A DNA stretch of 64,000 nucleotides, from contig NW_027362768.1 in assembly GCF_046119375.1 (NCBI RefSeq), positions 158,658,001 to 158,722,000 of the forward strand. Reading direction: 5' to 3'. Of this stretch, positions 37,861-50,030 are shown piece after piece. Both the position numbers and the translations under genes were made by a program. The notes beneath the pieces are model-generated. The model was not told the origin of the DNA and did no database searches. It worked only from the letters and a program-made list of their open reading frames with translations. The DNA is from Phyllobates terribilis (taxonomy: Eukaryota). Positions within the stretch are counted from its first letter, which is position 1. Each line of letters begins with the position of its first letter.

Positions 37861-40555
37861 TATGATACCATGGGTGTCTTTGACACCTGTCTGATTTCAT
37901 CAGTCACCGTATACTCTGCTGCTCTCGTGTGTTGCGGCTCTGCGGAGATTTGCCGCGGTTTGTGGCTGATCTATTATTTATTGGCTGATGTCAGACGGAC
38001 ATTGGAAGCGACAGCGTTTGCAGGCGGAGAGCACCTTCCCCTGGCGCGGGTCTCTGAGGACGGTTGCGTTGGCGCAGTGCACTGGGCAGCAATGACATCA
38101 GCTTCCAGCCTGGAGATGCCGCACCACCTCCATAGTGCGAGGAGGTGAGATTTCTCACAACTGCCCTCGCAGTCCACCATGTGCCACGTGCCTCCAGAAC
38201 TGGGTCATGGCACAAAGGATCCAAGTAAAATCCAGGTCACTGAAATGCGTCGGACTAATTCTCCAACATTTCATGCAAAATAAACTCATTTAAAGGGCCA
38301 GTCTGTTCCTTTTTCTCTCTTGCTGGATCTTCAGTTGCTTGTGCACTGTGCAAACCTGAATATTCTCTGCACAAACACCCGACACGGGCATCAGATCCAC
38401 ACCTTATACTAGAGTAACAGCTATTCATCTTGGTGCTGACAACCAGCCACTATATCATGTCTGGGAGGTTTCACAGCCCCAACCTCTGTTATTTAAGGGG
38501 GTTTTGGGCACTGATTTTTTTTTTTCTAGTCTTATGGCTTTAAAACAATACTTGGAGGCATTCTCGCCCTCCAGGACCACAGTGGATCCAAAACAGGCCA
38601 CTCTGGAGGGCTGTACTATCGCTGGAAGTGATGTCTGCTCCATTTGGAAGTTACCAGGACCGCTGCAGTCTGTGGTTGGCTGCAGCGGTCAGGTTTGTAC
38701 CATCACCGGAAGTGATATCTGCTCCATTGGAAGTCACCAGGATTGCTGCAGTATGTGGTTGCCTGCAGCGGTCATTGAACTAGAAGAGCCCATTATCAGA
38801 GAAACACCCAATGTCATGCTCTTGTAGTCACCTTACCACTGCAGCCAACCACCGACTGCAGTGGTCAGGTCTACTAGCTGCAGAAATTATGTGTACTCCA
38901 TTGGAAGTTACCAGGACCGCTGCAGTCTGTGGTTGGCTGCAGTGGTCAGGTGACTAGAAGAGTCCATCATCAGAGAAACCTCTAATGTCATGCTTTTGTA
39001 GTCATCTTACCGCTGCAGCCAAGCACCAACTGCCGCGATCTTGGTGACTTAAAAACAGCGCAGACATTGCTTCAGCAACTGGTGCAGAGACCACCGGAGC
39101 AGCCTGTGCCGGATCCGCGGGGGTCCTGTAAGACGAGTCTGCTTCCTTTTATTGTTTTTAAACCTTTCATACCTATAAAAAGAAAAGTGATTTGATGATC
39201 TGACAACCCCTGTAACATTAGTAATATAATGAGTGGTAGTCAGATGTACGGGGCGTTAGTTGCCACCTGGAAGATTCTTCGTCCATTTCTAGAGCATTGT
39301 CATCAGTCGGACCCCCGATGTCTCAGGACTTCTCTGTTTTGTCTGGATCCTGGGGGGAGAGATGCAGATTTATGCTGCATTTCTCGTCTGTTGGAGCCTT
39401 GAGCAAATATTTATAAGATCCTTTCCGCGTGCGTCAGTGCCGGAGCCCCGAGCTCTTCCTAATAGGGTCTAGAGCTTTGTCTGCAGCCCGGCCCGTCCTG
39501 GGAATTCGCTTCCTCGGTGACTCAGCGCCCACCGGAGCCTCAATCACAGGACGACCGAGGTGTAAATGATGTAAAGATGAGCGTGAAAATCGTGCATCCG
39601 AGCGTTTATCCCACGTCCGTCCGCCCCCAGAAACACTTTTAACACCTCAGATTTTTATAGCCAGTGATCAGAGGCGTAGCTAGAGTTTGGGATCAGGAAG
39701 GGGGGGGGGGATTCTGAGGTAACCCTGATTACAGCTATGGTGGCGCACCCTAATGGTGGATGTAGGAGACCCTCAGCAGATGACTGCGCTGTTACTGAAA
39801 ATAATCTCTATACAAAAACCAGCACTGATATTACCGCCATATGGTGACATATGGTGGTAGATACCAGTCCTGCAGAACATATAAGAGATTACAGTACAGT
39901 TTATATATAGTGACTTACAGCTGATGTTCTTTCTGATGGGATCGTTCACTTTTCCCGTCTTTTCCATCTGGCCCAGACCGACATGACGACTTCTCCATCC
40001 AGGACTCGTCTACAGAGATTACAGCACAGACACATCTGACTTCTCACATTTCAGGCCCCGTCCCCATCTATTCCCAACCTGCACAAATGCCTCATCCTGC
40101 TGATACCCCAATACTGAGCTTCTGCTGCTGTATGTGTCCCAATTACTGCACCTGCTGTGTGCTCTCTAGATGGTAAAACAACCCTCTAGAATATATTACT
40201 GCCCTGTGCAAGTGCCCTAGAAAACCGTGCCCACATTTTGCCCCCTAGAAAGTAATAGTGCCCTCTGTGTGCCACTTTGACAGTCACAATAACCAGAGTG
40301 CCCCTATAACAATAAGTGCCCACTTAACATTTAATAATGTCCTGAGTCTCCCCCCCCCCCCCGTACAGCTCCCCTCTACACGTATGATGCTCTCCTATAC
40401 ACAGTGTAATGCCCTCACACTGTATAGTACCCCCCACACAGTACACTGACCCCTTAGTAGCCACCAAACTGTTTGATGGCCCCCACACTCTACAAAGACC
40501 CCAAATAACCTTTCACACTGTAATCCCCGCAGTGTATGATAGCCCCATAAATATC

Positions 40556-42091
40556 CTCCATATAGTATAATGCACTCCCCATAGGCCTCTATATAGCATA
40601 ATGCACTCCCCATAGGCATCTATATAGTATAATGCACTCTTCATATAGTATAATGCACTCCCCATAGTCTTCCATATAGTATAATGCACTTCCCATAGTC
40701 TTCCATATAGTATAATGCACTTCCCATAGTCTTCCATATAGTATAATGCACTCCCCATAGTCTTCCATATAGTATAATGCACTCCCCATAGTCCTCCATA
40801 TAGTATAATGCACTCCCCATAGGTCTCCATATAGTATAGTGCACCCCCCATAGGCCTATATACAGTATAATGCACTCCCCATAGTCCTCCATACAGTATA
40901 ATGCACTCCCCATAGTCTTCCATATAGTATAATGCACTCCCCATAGTCTTCCATATAGTATAATGCACTCCCCATAGTCTTCCATATAGTATAATGCACT
41001 CCCCATAGTCTTCCATATAGTATAATGCACTCCCCATAGTCTTCCATATAGTATAATGCACTCCCCATAGTCTTCCATATAGTATAATGCACTCCCCATA
41101 GTCTTCCATATAGTATAATGCACTCCCCATAGTCTTCCATATAGTATAATGCACTCCCCATAGTCTTCCATATAGTATAATGCACTCCCCATAGTCTTCC
41201 ATATAGTATAATGCACTCCCCATAGTCTTCCATATAGTATAATGCACTCCCCATAGTCTTCCATATAGTATAATGCACTCCCCATAGTCTTCCATATAGT
41301 ATAATGCACTCCCCATAGTCTTCCATATAGTAGAATGCACTCCCCATAGTCCTCCATATAGTAGAATGCACTCCCCATAGTCCTCCATATAGTAGAATGC
41401 ACTCCCCATAGTCCTCCATATAGTAGAATGCACTCCCCATAGTCCTCCATATAGTAGAATGCACTCCCCATAGTCCTCCATATAGTAGAATGCACTCCCC
41501 ATAGTCCTCCATATAGTAGAATGCACTCCCCATAGTCCTCCATATAGTAGAATGCACTCCCCATAGTCCTCCATATAGTAGAATGCACTCCCCATAGTCC
41601 TCCATATAGTAGAATGCACTCCCCATAGTCCTCCATATTGTATAATGCACTCCCCATAGTCCTCCATATAGTATAATGCACTCCCCATAGGCCTTCATAT
41701 AGTATAATGCACTCCCCATAGTCTTCCATATAGTATAATGCACTCCCCATAGTCTTCCATATAGTATAATGCACTCCCCATAGTCTTCCATATAGTATAA
41801 TGCACTCCCCATAATCTTCCATATAGTATAATGCACTCCCCATAGTCCTCCATATAGTATAATGCACTCCCCATAGACCTATATATTGTATAATGCACTC
41901 CCCATAGTCTTCCATATAGTATAATGCACTCCACATAGTCTTCCATATAGTATAATGCACTCCCCATAGTCTTCCATATAGTATAATGCACTCCCCATAG
42001 TCTTCCATATAGTATAATGCACTCCCCATAGGCCTTCATACAGTATAATGCACTCCCCATAGTCCTCCATATAGTATAATGCACTCCCCAT
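40556..42091. repeat. 31-bp minisatellite (about 50 copies), possibly internal to a hAT-like element starting at 39669
   Basis: Unit CCATATAGTATAATGCACTCCCCATAGTCTT (31-aa ORF period = 3 x 31 nt); hAT-like left end CAGAGGCGTAGCTAG at 39669, but no matching TSD on the right. Confidence 0.9.
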
Positions 42092-42924
42092 GGGCCTCTG
42101 GTTTTGTATGGGCATTTCTTCAGTTAGTCCCTCACACTAGACTCACACTTTAAGTGTGTGTTGTTATTTTGGCAAAATAAAATGTATTACTTTTATATTA
42201 TTATTGCAGTGTTCATGTTTTGTTTACCTTGCCACTGGTGTGGTTTTACGGGTATCAATGTTGACTGACCATTTCCTTAAATACTCTGTTCTGCAGACCT
42301 CACTGCTCATTTCTTTTACCCTTTCTAGATTATGGATTCGGATATGTTTCCATTGGGTCTGTTATGTGATTGACCGGTGGATATTTTGTCGGACCATATG
42401 TCTTCTGCACGCTCTCCTCCTTTTACGGGACAGTATAGTAGGGCTCATGGCGGGCATGTACTGCTCCTTGGCACAGGGCAGAGCTGAAAGGGTGCAGTGT
42501 CTTGTGGTTGGGGCAGGATATTCCTGTGTGTTTACACGGCCTCTCTCATGAATGGAGCAGTGTGAGACTATTATTAACACGTTCCCATTGAGTGACCCTG
42601 GAGCCGAGCATCATGGAGCTTTCCTGCAGCGACCTCCACTCACAATCCGCTTTTCATGATGAAGAAGGGGCTGACTGTGGGTACAATATGGTGAATGCCT
42701 GGGGAATACCCCTACAACTCATTAACACTGTATCTCAAGTCCAGTCCATGGGGGCCGGCAAAGGGCCAGATGTGTAATACGGTATGTTCTAGTTCATTTT
42801 ATTGAGGGATTTAACAAACAATAAGCTTCTAGATCAATAACTGTATCAATATCAGACCCTCTACAGTCCAAGGACTCGTATATTGTTGCTTTGGTAGGAT
42901 CCCTGCTTATCACCCCTTCACATA

Positions 42925-43648
42925 TAATGCACAAGAATATAACTACTATAATACTGCCCCCTATGTACAAGGCTATAACTACTATAATACTGTCCCCTAT
43001 GTACAAGAAGAAAACTACTATAATACTGCCCCCTATGTACAAGAATATAACTACTATAATACTGCCCCCTATGTACAAGAATATAACTACTATATTACTG
43101 CTCCCTATGTACAAGAATATAACTACTATAATACTGCCCCCTATGTACAAGAATATAACTACTATAATACTGCTCCATATGTACAAGAATATAACTACTA
43201 TAATACTGTCCCCTATGTACAAGAATATAACTACTATAATACTGCTCCCTATGTACAAGAATATAACTACTATAATACTGCCCCTATGTACAAGAATATA
43301 ACTACTATAATACTGCCCCCTATGTACAAGAATATAACTACTATATTACTGCTCCCTATGTACAAGAATATAACTACTATAATACTGCCCCCTATGTACA
43401 AGAATATAACTACTATAATACTGCCCCCTATGTACAAGAATATAACTACTATAATACTGCTCCATATGTACAAGAATATAACTACTATAATACTGTCCCC
43501 TATGTACAAGAATATAACTACTATAATACTGCTCCCTATGTACAAGAATATAACTACTATAATACTGCCCCCTATGTACAAGAATATAACTACTATAATA
43601 CTGCCCCCTATGTACAAGAATATAACTACTATAATACTGCCCCCTATA
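42925..43648. repeat. 36-bp minisatellite (about 20 copies)
   Basis: Unit TATGTACAAGAATATAACTACTATAATACTGCCCCC (12-aa period MYKNITTIILPP). Confidence 0.95.
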
Positions 43649-43818
43649 CTGGATTTGGGTCCCTATAAAAGAAATCCACAAATATAAAGATGAGGCAGAA
43701 CTACAAAGTTTAGTGAAAATATATAAAAAAAACAATCAGCGTCAATCTTTATTCACCCACACGTGATATTTCGGTTCTGCTCATGGAGACTTTGTCGAGC
43801 GCTGACGTGCTGTAGTGT

Positions 43819-44028
43819 CCGGGTATAAATACATGTGCTTGGTGTCCACAATGAAATGATTAATGAAAGTTCCTTATACAATATTTAGTGACCGTCCATA
43901 GATGTGCAATCACATTGGTTCATTTATGCAGTGAACTGATGTGATTGCAAATCTATGGACTGTCAATAGTGTATGGAGAACTTTCATTAATCATTTCACT
44001 GACACCATGCACATGTATTTATACCCGG
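43819..44028. repeat. Long imperfect inverted repeat (arms ~100 bp, 9-nt loop)
   Basis: CCGGGTATAAATACATGTGC...TGCAATCACATTGGTTCA pairs with TGAACTGATGTGATTGCA...GCACATGTATTTATACCCGG. Confidence 0.85.
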
Positions 44029-45082
44029 AAAAACAAAGTGTCGATAATACAAGTGTAACATAATACATATATATATATTTTTATGTATTCCGTATAAATA
44101 GATGCAAGCACAGATCCCCTATTATCTGGTAGTTTCCTCCCTAGCCCCATTTAATAGAAATATCAGGCCTGATTCATGATTTTAGTCTTTTTTTTTTTTT
44201 TTTTTTTTTCTTTTTTTGGGGGGGGGGGATTAGTTTACATTTTTTGGATTGAATTCTTCAAAATGGCACGTGTGATTCATGAATTTTGTGAAATATTTTT
44301 AATCTATTTCGTGCCCTTTGCACAAATTTTTGCCGTACAAAGAAAAAAAATCACAGGGGGGACCTAGTTCATTTACGCAAAAACTGTTGCAACTTTTCAA
44401 ATAGTCGCAATTGGTCACAAACATCATGGAACAAAAAAAGTTATGCCCACAATGGTGAGTGGAATAAATAGATGAATAATAAAAAAATAAATGACACAGG
44501 CTAACACCATAAAAAGATGCAAATCAAAAACAGGCTAAAAACACCAAATACTAGAGAAAAAAAAAACTGGTTGAAATGCAATAATAAAGCAGGGCCCTTT
44601 TTCTGGAAAGGCAGAAGAACCCTAATATGTGACCGCTGTATATATGCTGTAACTGGTTTGCATCGTTGCCAGATTGCTGTGATATTGGTTTACACTGGAT
44701 TCTGACTTCTAAGTTCAGGGATTTCTCAGTTTGGGGGGTGAGTGGTTTTTAGAATCACTTTTCTGAGTTTATACTTGTAGAGATTGTTACTAATAGTTTT
44801 GTTCTTGTTTTATGAATTGCTTTGTTACATCTGTAGTAGATCGCCCTCTAGTGGACGTACCTGAGATTGCTTCAGAATTTATTTTATGTTATGGGGGGGG
44901 GGTGTCTGCTAGAGGACCTTTTTTAGCTAGGTTGTTTTAGGGGAATTTACAATATAAAAAAACGACTGTCTACTCTAAAACTCTCTTTATTTTTTTTGGG
45001 GGGGGGGTTGGAATGGCTGATAACAGAAAATAATAGATTTCTCTCCACCTGCCCCGTCTCATCTGTTGTGTTTATCTTCTAG

Positions 45083-45463
45083 GTGAAGCTCAGGAGGGGA
45101 CGAGCCTCCTTCCCACTGACAGCTCTGTGGCCACCACCGGCCTGTTTCTTCTGAGTTCTTCTGATTTGGGTACCAGCTCCAATGTCCCCCCCGGATCACC
45201 TGATGCTTCCTCCGAGCTTCCAGATAATGAGATAATAACAGAGACTGGGCGGCCAACCCTTCCGCCCTCATTCACCATCGGTGGGCCAGAATCGGACGAC
45301 GCAGGTGTCAGCGTCACCACCGCACCAGGTGAGGATGTCTCATCTCTGTCTCCGGTGACGTCGGACCCCAGCAGCGTGTCCCCCGTGACAAGAAGCAGTG
45401 AGACCACCAGTATGGAGGCCACCCAGCCCCCTCCAATATCGCCAGCAAACAATGTGACAGACG
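45083..45463 (+). CDS. Mucin-like protein exon 2 (Ser/Thr/Pro-rich)
   Basis: tttatcttctag|(G)EAQEGTSLLPTDSSVATTG...PPPISPANNVTD(D)|gtgagt; 381 nt, phase 1-1, open throughout. Confidence 0.88.
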
Positions 45464-45732
45464 GTGAGTTAGATCTGACTTTTGGGGGGTCCTACTTTGC
45501 CCCTTTTTAAGATCCAGAGTCTGGCATCATCATGAATTTAGCTCCCAGCTAGAGACCACCAGTAAGTTGGCTCAGGGGAAAGTTTCCTAAGGTGGAAACA
45601 GTCAGTATTGCTGAAGCTTTGAGTTAAATGTACTTGTCCTATCCCTTTCTGTATTGCAGTCAGAGCCCCTCTCGCAGTTATCAGCCTGCATTGCAATGCT
45701 TTGTACATGTCCCCTCCTCTTATCCACCATAG

Positions 45733-46005
45733 ACACCGTGACAGAGACGTCCTCTTTCCTCGCCACTCTCAGGACGACCGCAGCAGCCAAGACGGCCCCC
45801 AGCGATGATGCCACCCCTTACACCACGGGCTCCATATCCTACCACTCCACCTGGATGTCCACTATCACCACCAGCCTCTTCACCACCACCACAGTGACCT
45901 CCCAAGAACCGAGCAGCGCGGCCACCCCGAGCACCACCGCACCGCACACAACCAGGGCGGAGGTGCAGAGGGGGCCGTCTGTGCTGGAAGTAGGGGATGA
46001 GAAAG
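45733..46005 (+). CDS. Mucin-like protein exon 3 (Thr-rich)
   Basis: ctcctcttatccaccatag|(D)TVTETSSFLATLRTT...TTRAEVQRGPSVLEVGDEK(D)|gtgggt; 273 nt, phase 1-1. Confidence 0.82.
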
Positions 46006-46349
46006 GTGGGTTTGGGGATTTGTTACCATCTATCAGTGCAGGGTTCAGGACAGGAAGAATTTTCTTTCCGCTGATACATTGTAATATTGGAAACAGTCAG
46101 CAAGCTTGTGGATCCAACGCCCCCCCTGACAGCTTAGCTGAGCTCCAGTATTGGGAGGGGGGATATCCTTTTCCTGAAACTTACTAGAGCAAGCTGAGAA
46201 TGCTGGAAGATTTCAGCTCCGAAGCGGAAGTATTCACAAAGCAATTCTGCTGTTTATGGAGATTGTGTATGTGACCGGTAAGATGGAGTCAGTGGTCAGG
46301 CTCCCGTTGGCTGTTGATGGATCCAGTGATCTGTTCCCTCTTGTTGTAG

Positions 46350-46513
46350 ATCTGACAAGTTATCACTCCAGGAACAGCTCCAACCCGCTGTTCGTCATGA
46401 TCGTCTCCGTCTTCACCATCATGGTGCTCATGGTGGTGGTTGTAGTTGGCTTCCATCAATACAAGAAGAGGAACAACCGTACGGAGTTCAGACGCCTGCA
46501 GGATCTACCAATG
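46350..46513 (+). CDS. Mucin-like protein exon 4 (transmembrane helix and stop-transfer segment)
   Basis: ttccctcttgttgtag|(D)LTSYHSRNSSNPLFVMIVSVFTIMVLMVVVVVGFHQYKKRNNRTEFRRLQDLPM|gtgaga. Confidence 0.9.
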
Positions 46514-47130
46514 GTGAGACCTGAAAAACCACACGCGGGACCCCCCATTACTGTCACAGCATGAAAATCCAACTTCTCACAGTGGTTCAGTGACAGCCAG
46601 CATTATAGTAGCTAAAAACTGGTACTGCTTGGAAACCATCAACAAGTAGGCTCACTGCTGATGACGGATCTTATTAACAGATATTTTTTTCATTCTGATT
46701 ATGTTGTGTGAACACATGGGACTGCCGGGCTTATGTCCATAAATAGTAAATATACAGACAGTAAAATACAGATCTGTTACCGGCAGCTTGTTGACAGTTT
46801 CCAATTAGCAAAAAAAATATTGAAACCTAAAAAAAGGTGTATACAATTTATACAGACTGAATTTTATATTATTATTATTATATTTTTAACTCTATGCAGA
46901 GGTAGGGTCTTTTTGTTATTGAGCAATAACACAACCTGTTAGGATCTGTGGCAGGTCCCATGGCGGCATGGCCTGTATCCAGTGACATTAGGTCGCTTGG
47001 ATGATGTCACTGTTGTATCTGATCCAAAACCTCCATTCTTTACACTGCAAAGTGTTCCCAGGACAGTCCCCTTTTAATAGCACTGCTTTCTGGACACGAA
47101 TGGAGCATTTTATTATTTCCTCTCGTCATA

Positions 47131-48717
47131 CAGTGCCTACAAGTAGTATTCAACCCCCTGCAGATTTAGCTGGTTTGATAAGATGCAAATAAGTTAGAGC
47201 CTTCAAACTGCAAACGAGAGTAGGTTTTATGAACAGAAGCATAAATCTTACAAACCAAAAAGTCATGTTGCTCAGTTGAATTTTATTAAATTTTAAACAT
47301 AAAAGTGTGGGTCAATTATTATACAACCCCTATGTTTAATATTTTGTGGAATAACCCTTGTTTGCAATTACAGCTAATAATCGTCTTTTATAAGACCTGA
47401 TCAGGCCGGCACAGGTCTGTGGAGTTATCTTGGCCCACTCCTCCATGCAGATCTTCTCCAAGTTATCTAGGTTCTTTGGGTGTCTCATGTGGACTTTATT
47501 CTTGAGCTCCTTCCACAAGTTTTCAATTGGGTTAAGGTCAGGAGACTGACTAGGCCACTCCAACACCTTGACTTTTTCCCTCTTGAACCAGGCCTTGGTT
47601 TTCTTGGCTGTGTGCTTTGGGTCGTTGTCTTGTTGGAAGATGAAATTACGACCCATCTTAAGATCCTTGATGGAGGAGTGGAGGTTCTTGGCCAAAATCT
47701 CCAGGTAGGCCGTGCTATCCATCTTCCCATGGATGCGGACCAGATGGCCAGGCCCCTTGGCAGAGAAACAGCCCCACAGCATGATGCTGCCACCGCCATG
47801 CTTGACTGTAGGGATGGTATTATTGGGGTCGTATGCAGTGCCATCCAGTCTGCAAACGTCACGTGTGTGGTTGGCACCAAAGATCTCGATCTTGGTCTCA
47901 TCAGACCATAGAACCTTGAACCAGTCTGTCTCAGAGTCCTCCAAGTGATCATGAGCAAACTGTAGACGAGCCTTGACATGACGCTTTGAAAGTAAAGGTA
48001 CCTTACGGGCTCGTCTGGAACGGAGACCATTGCGGTGGAGTACGTTACTTATGGTAGTGACTGAAACCAATGTCCCCACTGCCATGAGATCTTCCCGGAG
48101 CTCCTTCCTTGTTGTCCTTGGGTTAGCCTTGACTCTTCGGGCAAGCCTGGCCTCAGCACGGGAGGACACTTTCAAAGGCTGTCCAGGCCGTGGAAGGCTA
48201 ACAGTAGTTCCATAAGCCTTCCACTTACGGATGATGCTCCCAACAGTGGAGACAGGTAGGCCCAACTCCTTGGAAAGAGTTTTGTACCCCTTGCCAGCCT
48301 TGTGACCCTCCACGATCTTGTCTCTGATGGCCTTGGAATGCTCCTTTGTCTTTCCCATGTTGACCATGTCTGAGTGCTGTTCACAAGTTTGGGGAGGGTC
48401 TTAAATAGTCAGAAAAGGCTGGCAAAAGAGATCTTTAATCCACACATGTGAAGCTCATTATTCTTGGTGCCTGAACTACTTCTTAATACTTTAGGGGGAC
48501 CAAACAGAATTCTTGTGGTTTGAGGGGTTGAATAATAAATGACACTCTGAATTAACTTTTAACGTTTTAAAAAAACAAAAAAACAAAAACAAAATTTGCT
48601 GCAGGGCATTTACCACTTCCAGGCTGATCTACAGTACAAATGTCACAATTCCAAGTTAATTCCGCATGTGTCAACCAGCTAAATCTGCAGGGGGTTGAAT
48701 ACTACTTGTAGGCACTG
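47131..48717 (-). mobile_element. Full-length Tc1 (DD34E, IR/DR type) in intron 4 of the mucin-like gene
   Basis: TA|CAGTGCCTACAAGTAGTATTCAACCCCCTGCAG ... CTGCAGGGGGTTGAATACTACTTGTAGGCACTG|TA; ~45-bp perfect outer IR plus inner direct-repeat copies near 47320 and 48524. Confidence 0.95.
47336..48358 (-). CDS. Tc1 transposase, uninterrupted 340 aa
   Basis: MGKTKEHSKAIRDKIV...WSDETK...QQDNDPKH-(34 aa spacing)-NPIE...KGYSTKY*; no stops or frameshifts. Confidence 0.93.
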   Translation of the reverse strand: MGKTKEHSKAIRDKIVEGHKAGKGYKTLSKELGLPVSTVGSIIRKWKAYGTTVSLPRPGQPLKVSSRAEARLARRVKANPRTTRKELREDLMAVGTLVSVTTISNVLHRNGLRSRRARKVPLLSKRHVKARLQFAHDHLEDSETDWFKVLWSDETKIEIFGANHTRDVCRLDGTAYDPNNTIPTVKHGGGSIMLWGCFSAKGPGHLVRIHGKMDSTAYLEILAKNLHSSIKDLKMGRNFIFQQDNDPKHTAKKTKAWFKREKVKVLEWPSQSPDLNPIENLWKELKNKVHMRHPKNLDNLEKICMEEWAKITPQTCAGLIRSYKRRLLAVIANKGYSTKY

Positions 48718-49032
48718 TATCTTCATATGTTCCAGTTGCAGTAGGGGCTTTTTTTTTTTTCCTGCCACTTTTGAAAAATGGAGCGAGCTTACAGAGAATC
48801 GATCAGTGAGATCAACACTCATAAACTGCACATGCAGGTCTTTCAAATCCATTCCCTAGAAAATAGCATTTTCATTCATATGCAAATGAGGCTTTAAGTG
48901 CTATGGGCGTGACAGAGCACTTAACGAGTCTCTGCTTCCTGAGGTTGTTTTGCAGTTATTCAACATTTTAAGATGTCTGCCTGCTGTCCGTCACTCATTA
49001 ATGTTTATAAACCTATCCCCCCCCCCCTGCAG

Positions 49033-49077
49033 GACGACATGATGGAGGACACCCCGTTGTCTCTGTACAGCTACTAG
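49033..49077 (+). CDS. Mucin-like protein exon 5 (C-terminal tail)
   Basis: ccccccctgcag|DDMMEDTPLSLYSY*(TAG); phase 0 matches the exon 4 donor. Confidence 0.8.
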   Translation, partial: DDMMEDTPLSLYSY

Positions 49078-50024
49078 AGCCTTATATTGCACAGAGCCTC
49101 CTCCTCTGGACGGGGCGACGTTCCCTCTGTGCCTTCAGTCAGTTCGGGGCGGCCTTGGCGCACTTATGGGAGGACTTTAGCTGAAAATGTGTGAAAGAAA
49201 CGCAACACAGACACTTTTACTACTGAAGACCCCTCCACGAGTCTGTGACCCCTCGTCCCCCTCTCGTGACGGGCGCCTCAGGTGCATCTTTTATCGTTTG
49301 CCTTTAATTACATCCTGGGTGATCGTCACGATCCGGCATCCGCTTGGAGTCTATGTGGACTTTTATCATCCCGAACACCGTCCTAACCCCCCCCCCTCCC
49401 CCCGCTGTTATCTGCCAATTTTTTTGTTTTTATGCTCAGATTGGCAGAATTCTCCATTGTATGTAGATGGGGGCTTGTGCTGTAAATGTGGGGGTCCTTA
49501 AAGGGGTCACATTCATCGATGTGCTGCTGGATTACACACACAGCTTTACCATCTCATAGAAAGACAATCAAACCGGGAACATTTAGTGTTTAATGTTAAT
49601 TTAATTATTTTTTTTTTGTAAATTGCACAAGAAAATACGATTTACAGGTTATTTTTTTCCCAGTATTGATAATCTGGTCTGATGTCCCCAATTTTTTTAT
49701 ATTTTTTTTTTTGGGGGGGGGGGGGGGTTCAAAATGTAATATATTGATCATCACGGTTGTTTCCGTACACGTCACTCTCATCGTAGATATAGTCCATCAT
49801 TTGCACTCAGGGTAACGCGTCCGGTGAGGAACAGGGGCACGGCCTTACCAGGCAGACCACCCCGCAGCACAGGGTATTGCCCCACAGGAGACGCCATCAC
49901 ATTGCGCCATTGTCGCATATAAGCGGCACGAAACGTCGCCGCACATTCGGCCTCTCCAGCAGTACTGAACGTTGGGGAAACTGTACTGAAAAGTTTTTTC
50001 TTTTTCGTTTTTATTACTTGGTGA

Positions 50025-50030
50025 AATAAA
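50025..50030 (+). terminator. Probable polyadenylation signal of the mucin-like gene
   Basis: AATAAA followed by a U/GU-rich tract, about 950 nt after the stop codon. Confidence 0.6.

Noticed and set aside
38600-39040. Local duplication with internal inverted CTGCAG-rich motifs
   Set aside because: Looks like decayed repeat sequence; no termini, coding signal or structure specific enough to interpret.
39669-42100. Complete hAT element enclosing the 31-bp array
   Set aside because: A left TIR-like end is present, but the right side has only GCCTCTG and the 8-bp flanks do not match.
40513-42115. 326-462-aa Tyr/Gly-rich ORFs
   Set aside because: Artefact of the 31-bp minisatellite.
42794-43735. 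Hydrophobic repeat ORFs (MYIGGSIIVVIFL / MYKNITTIILPP)
   Set aside because: 36-bp minisatellite; membrane-like appearance is incidental.
45654-45732. Upstream acceptor at 45659 and ORF start for mucin exon 3
   Set aside because: Phase-1 joining at 45660 enters a non-mucin frame; the acceptor at 45732 restores the Thr-rich frame.
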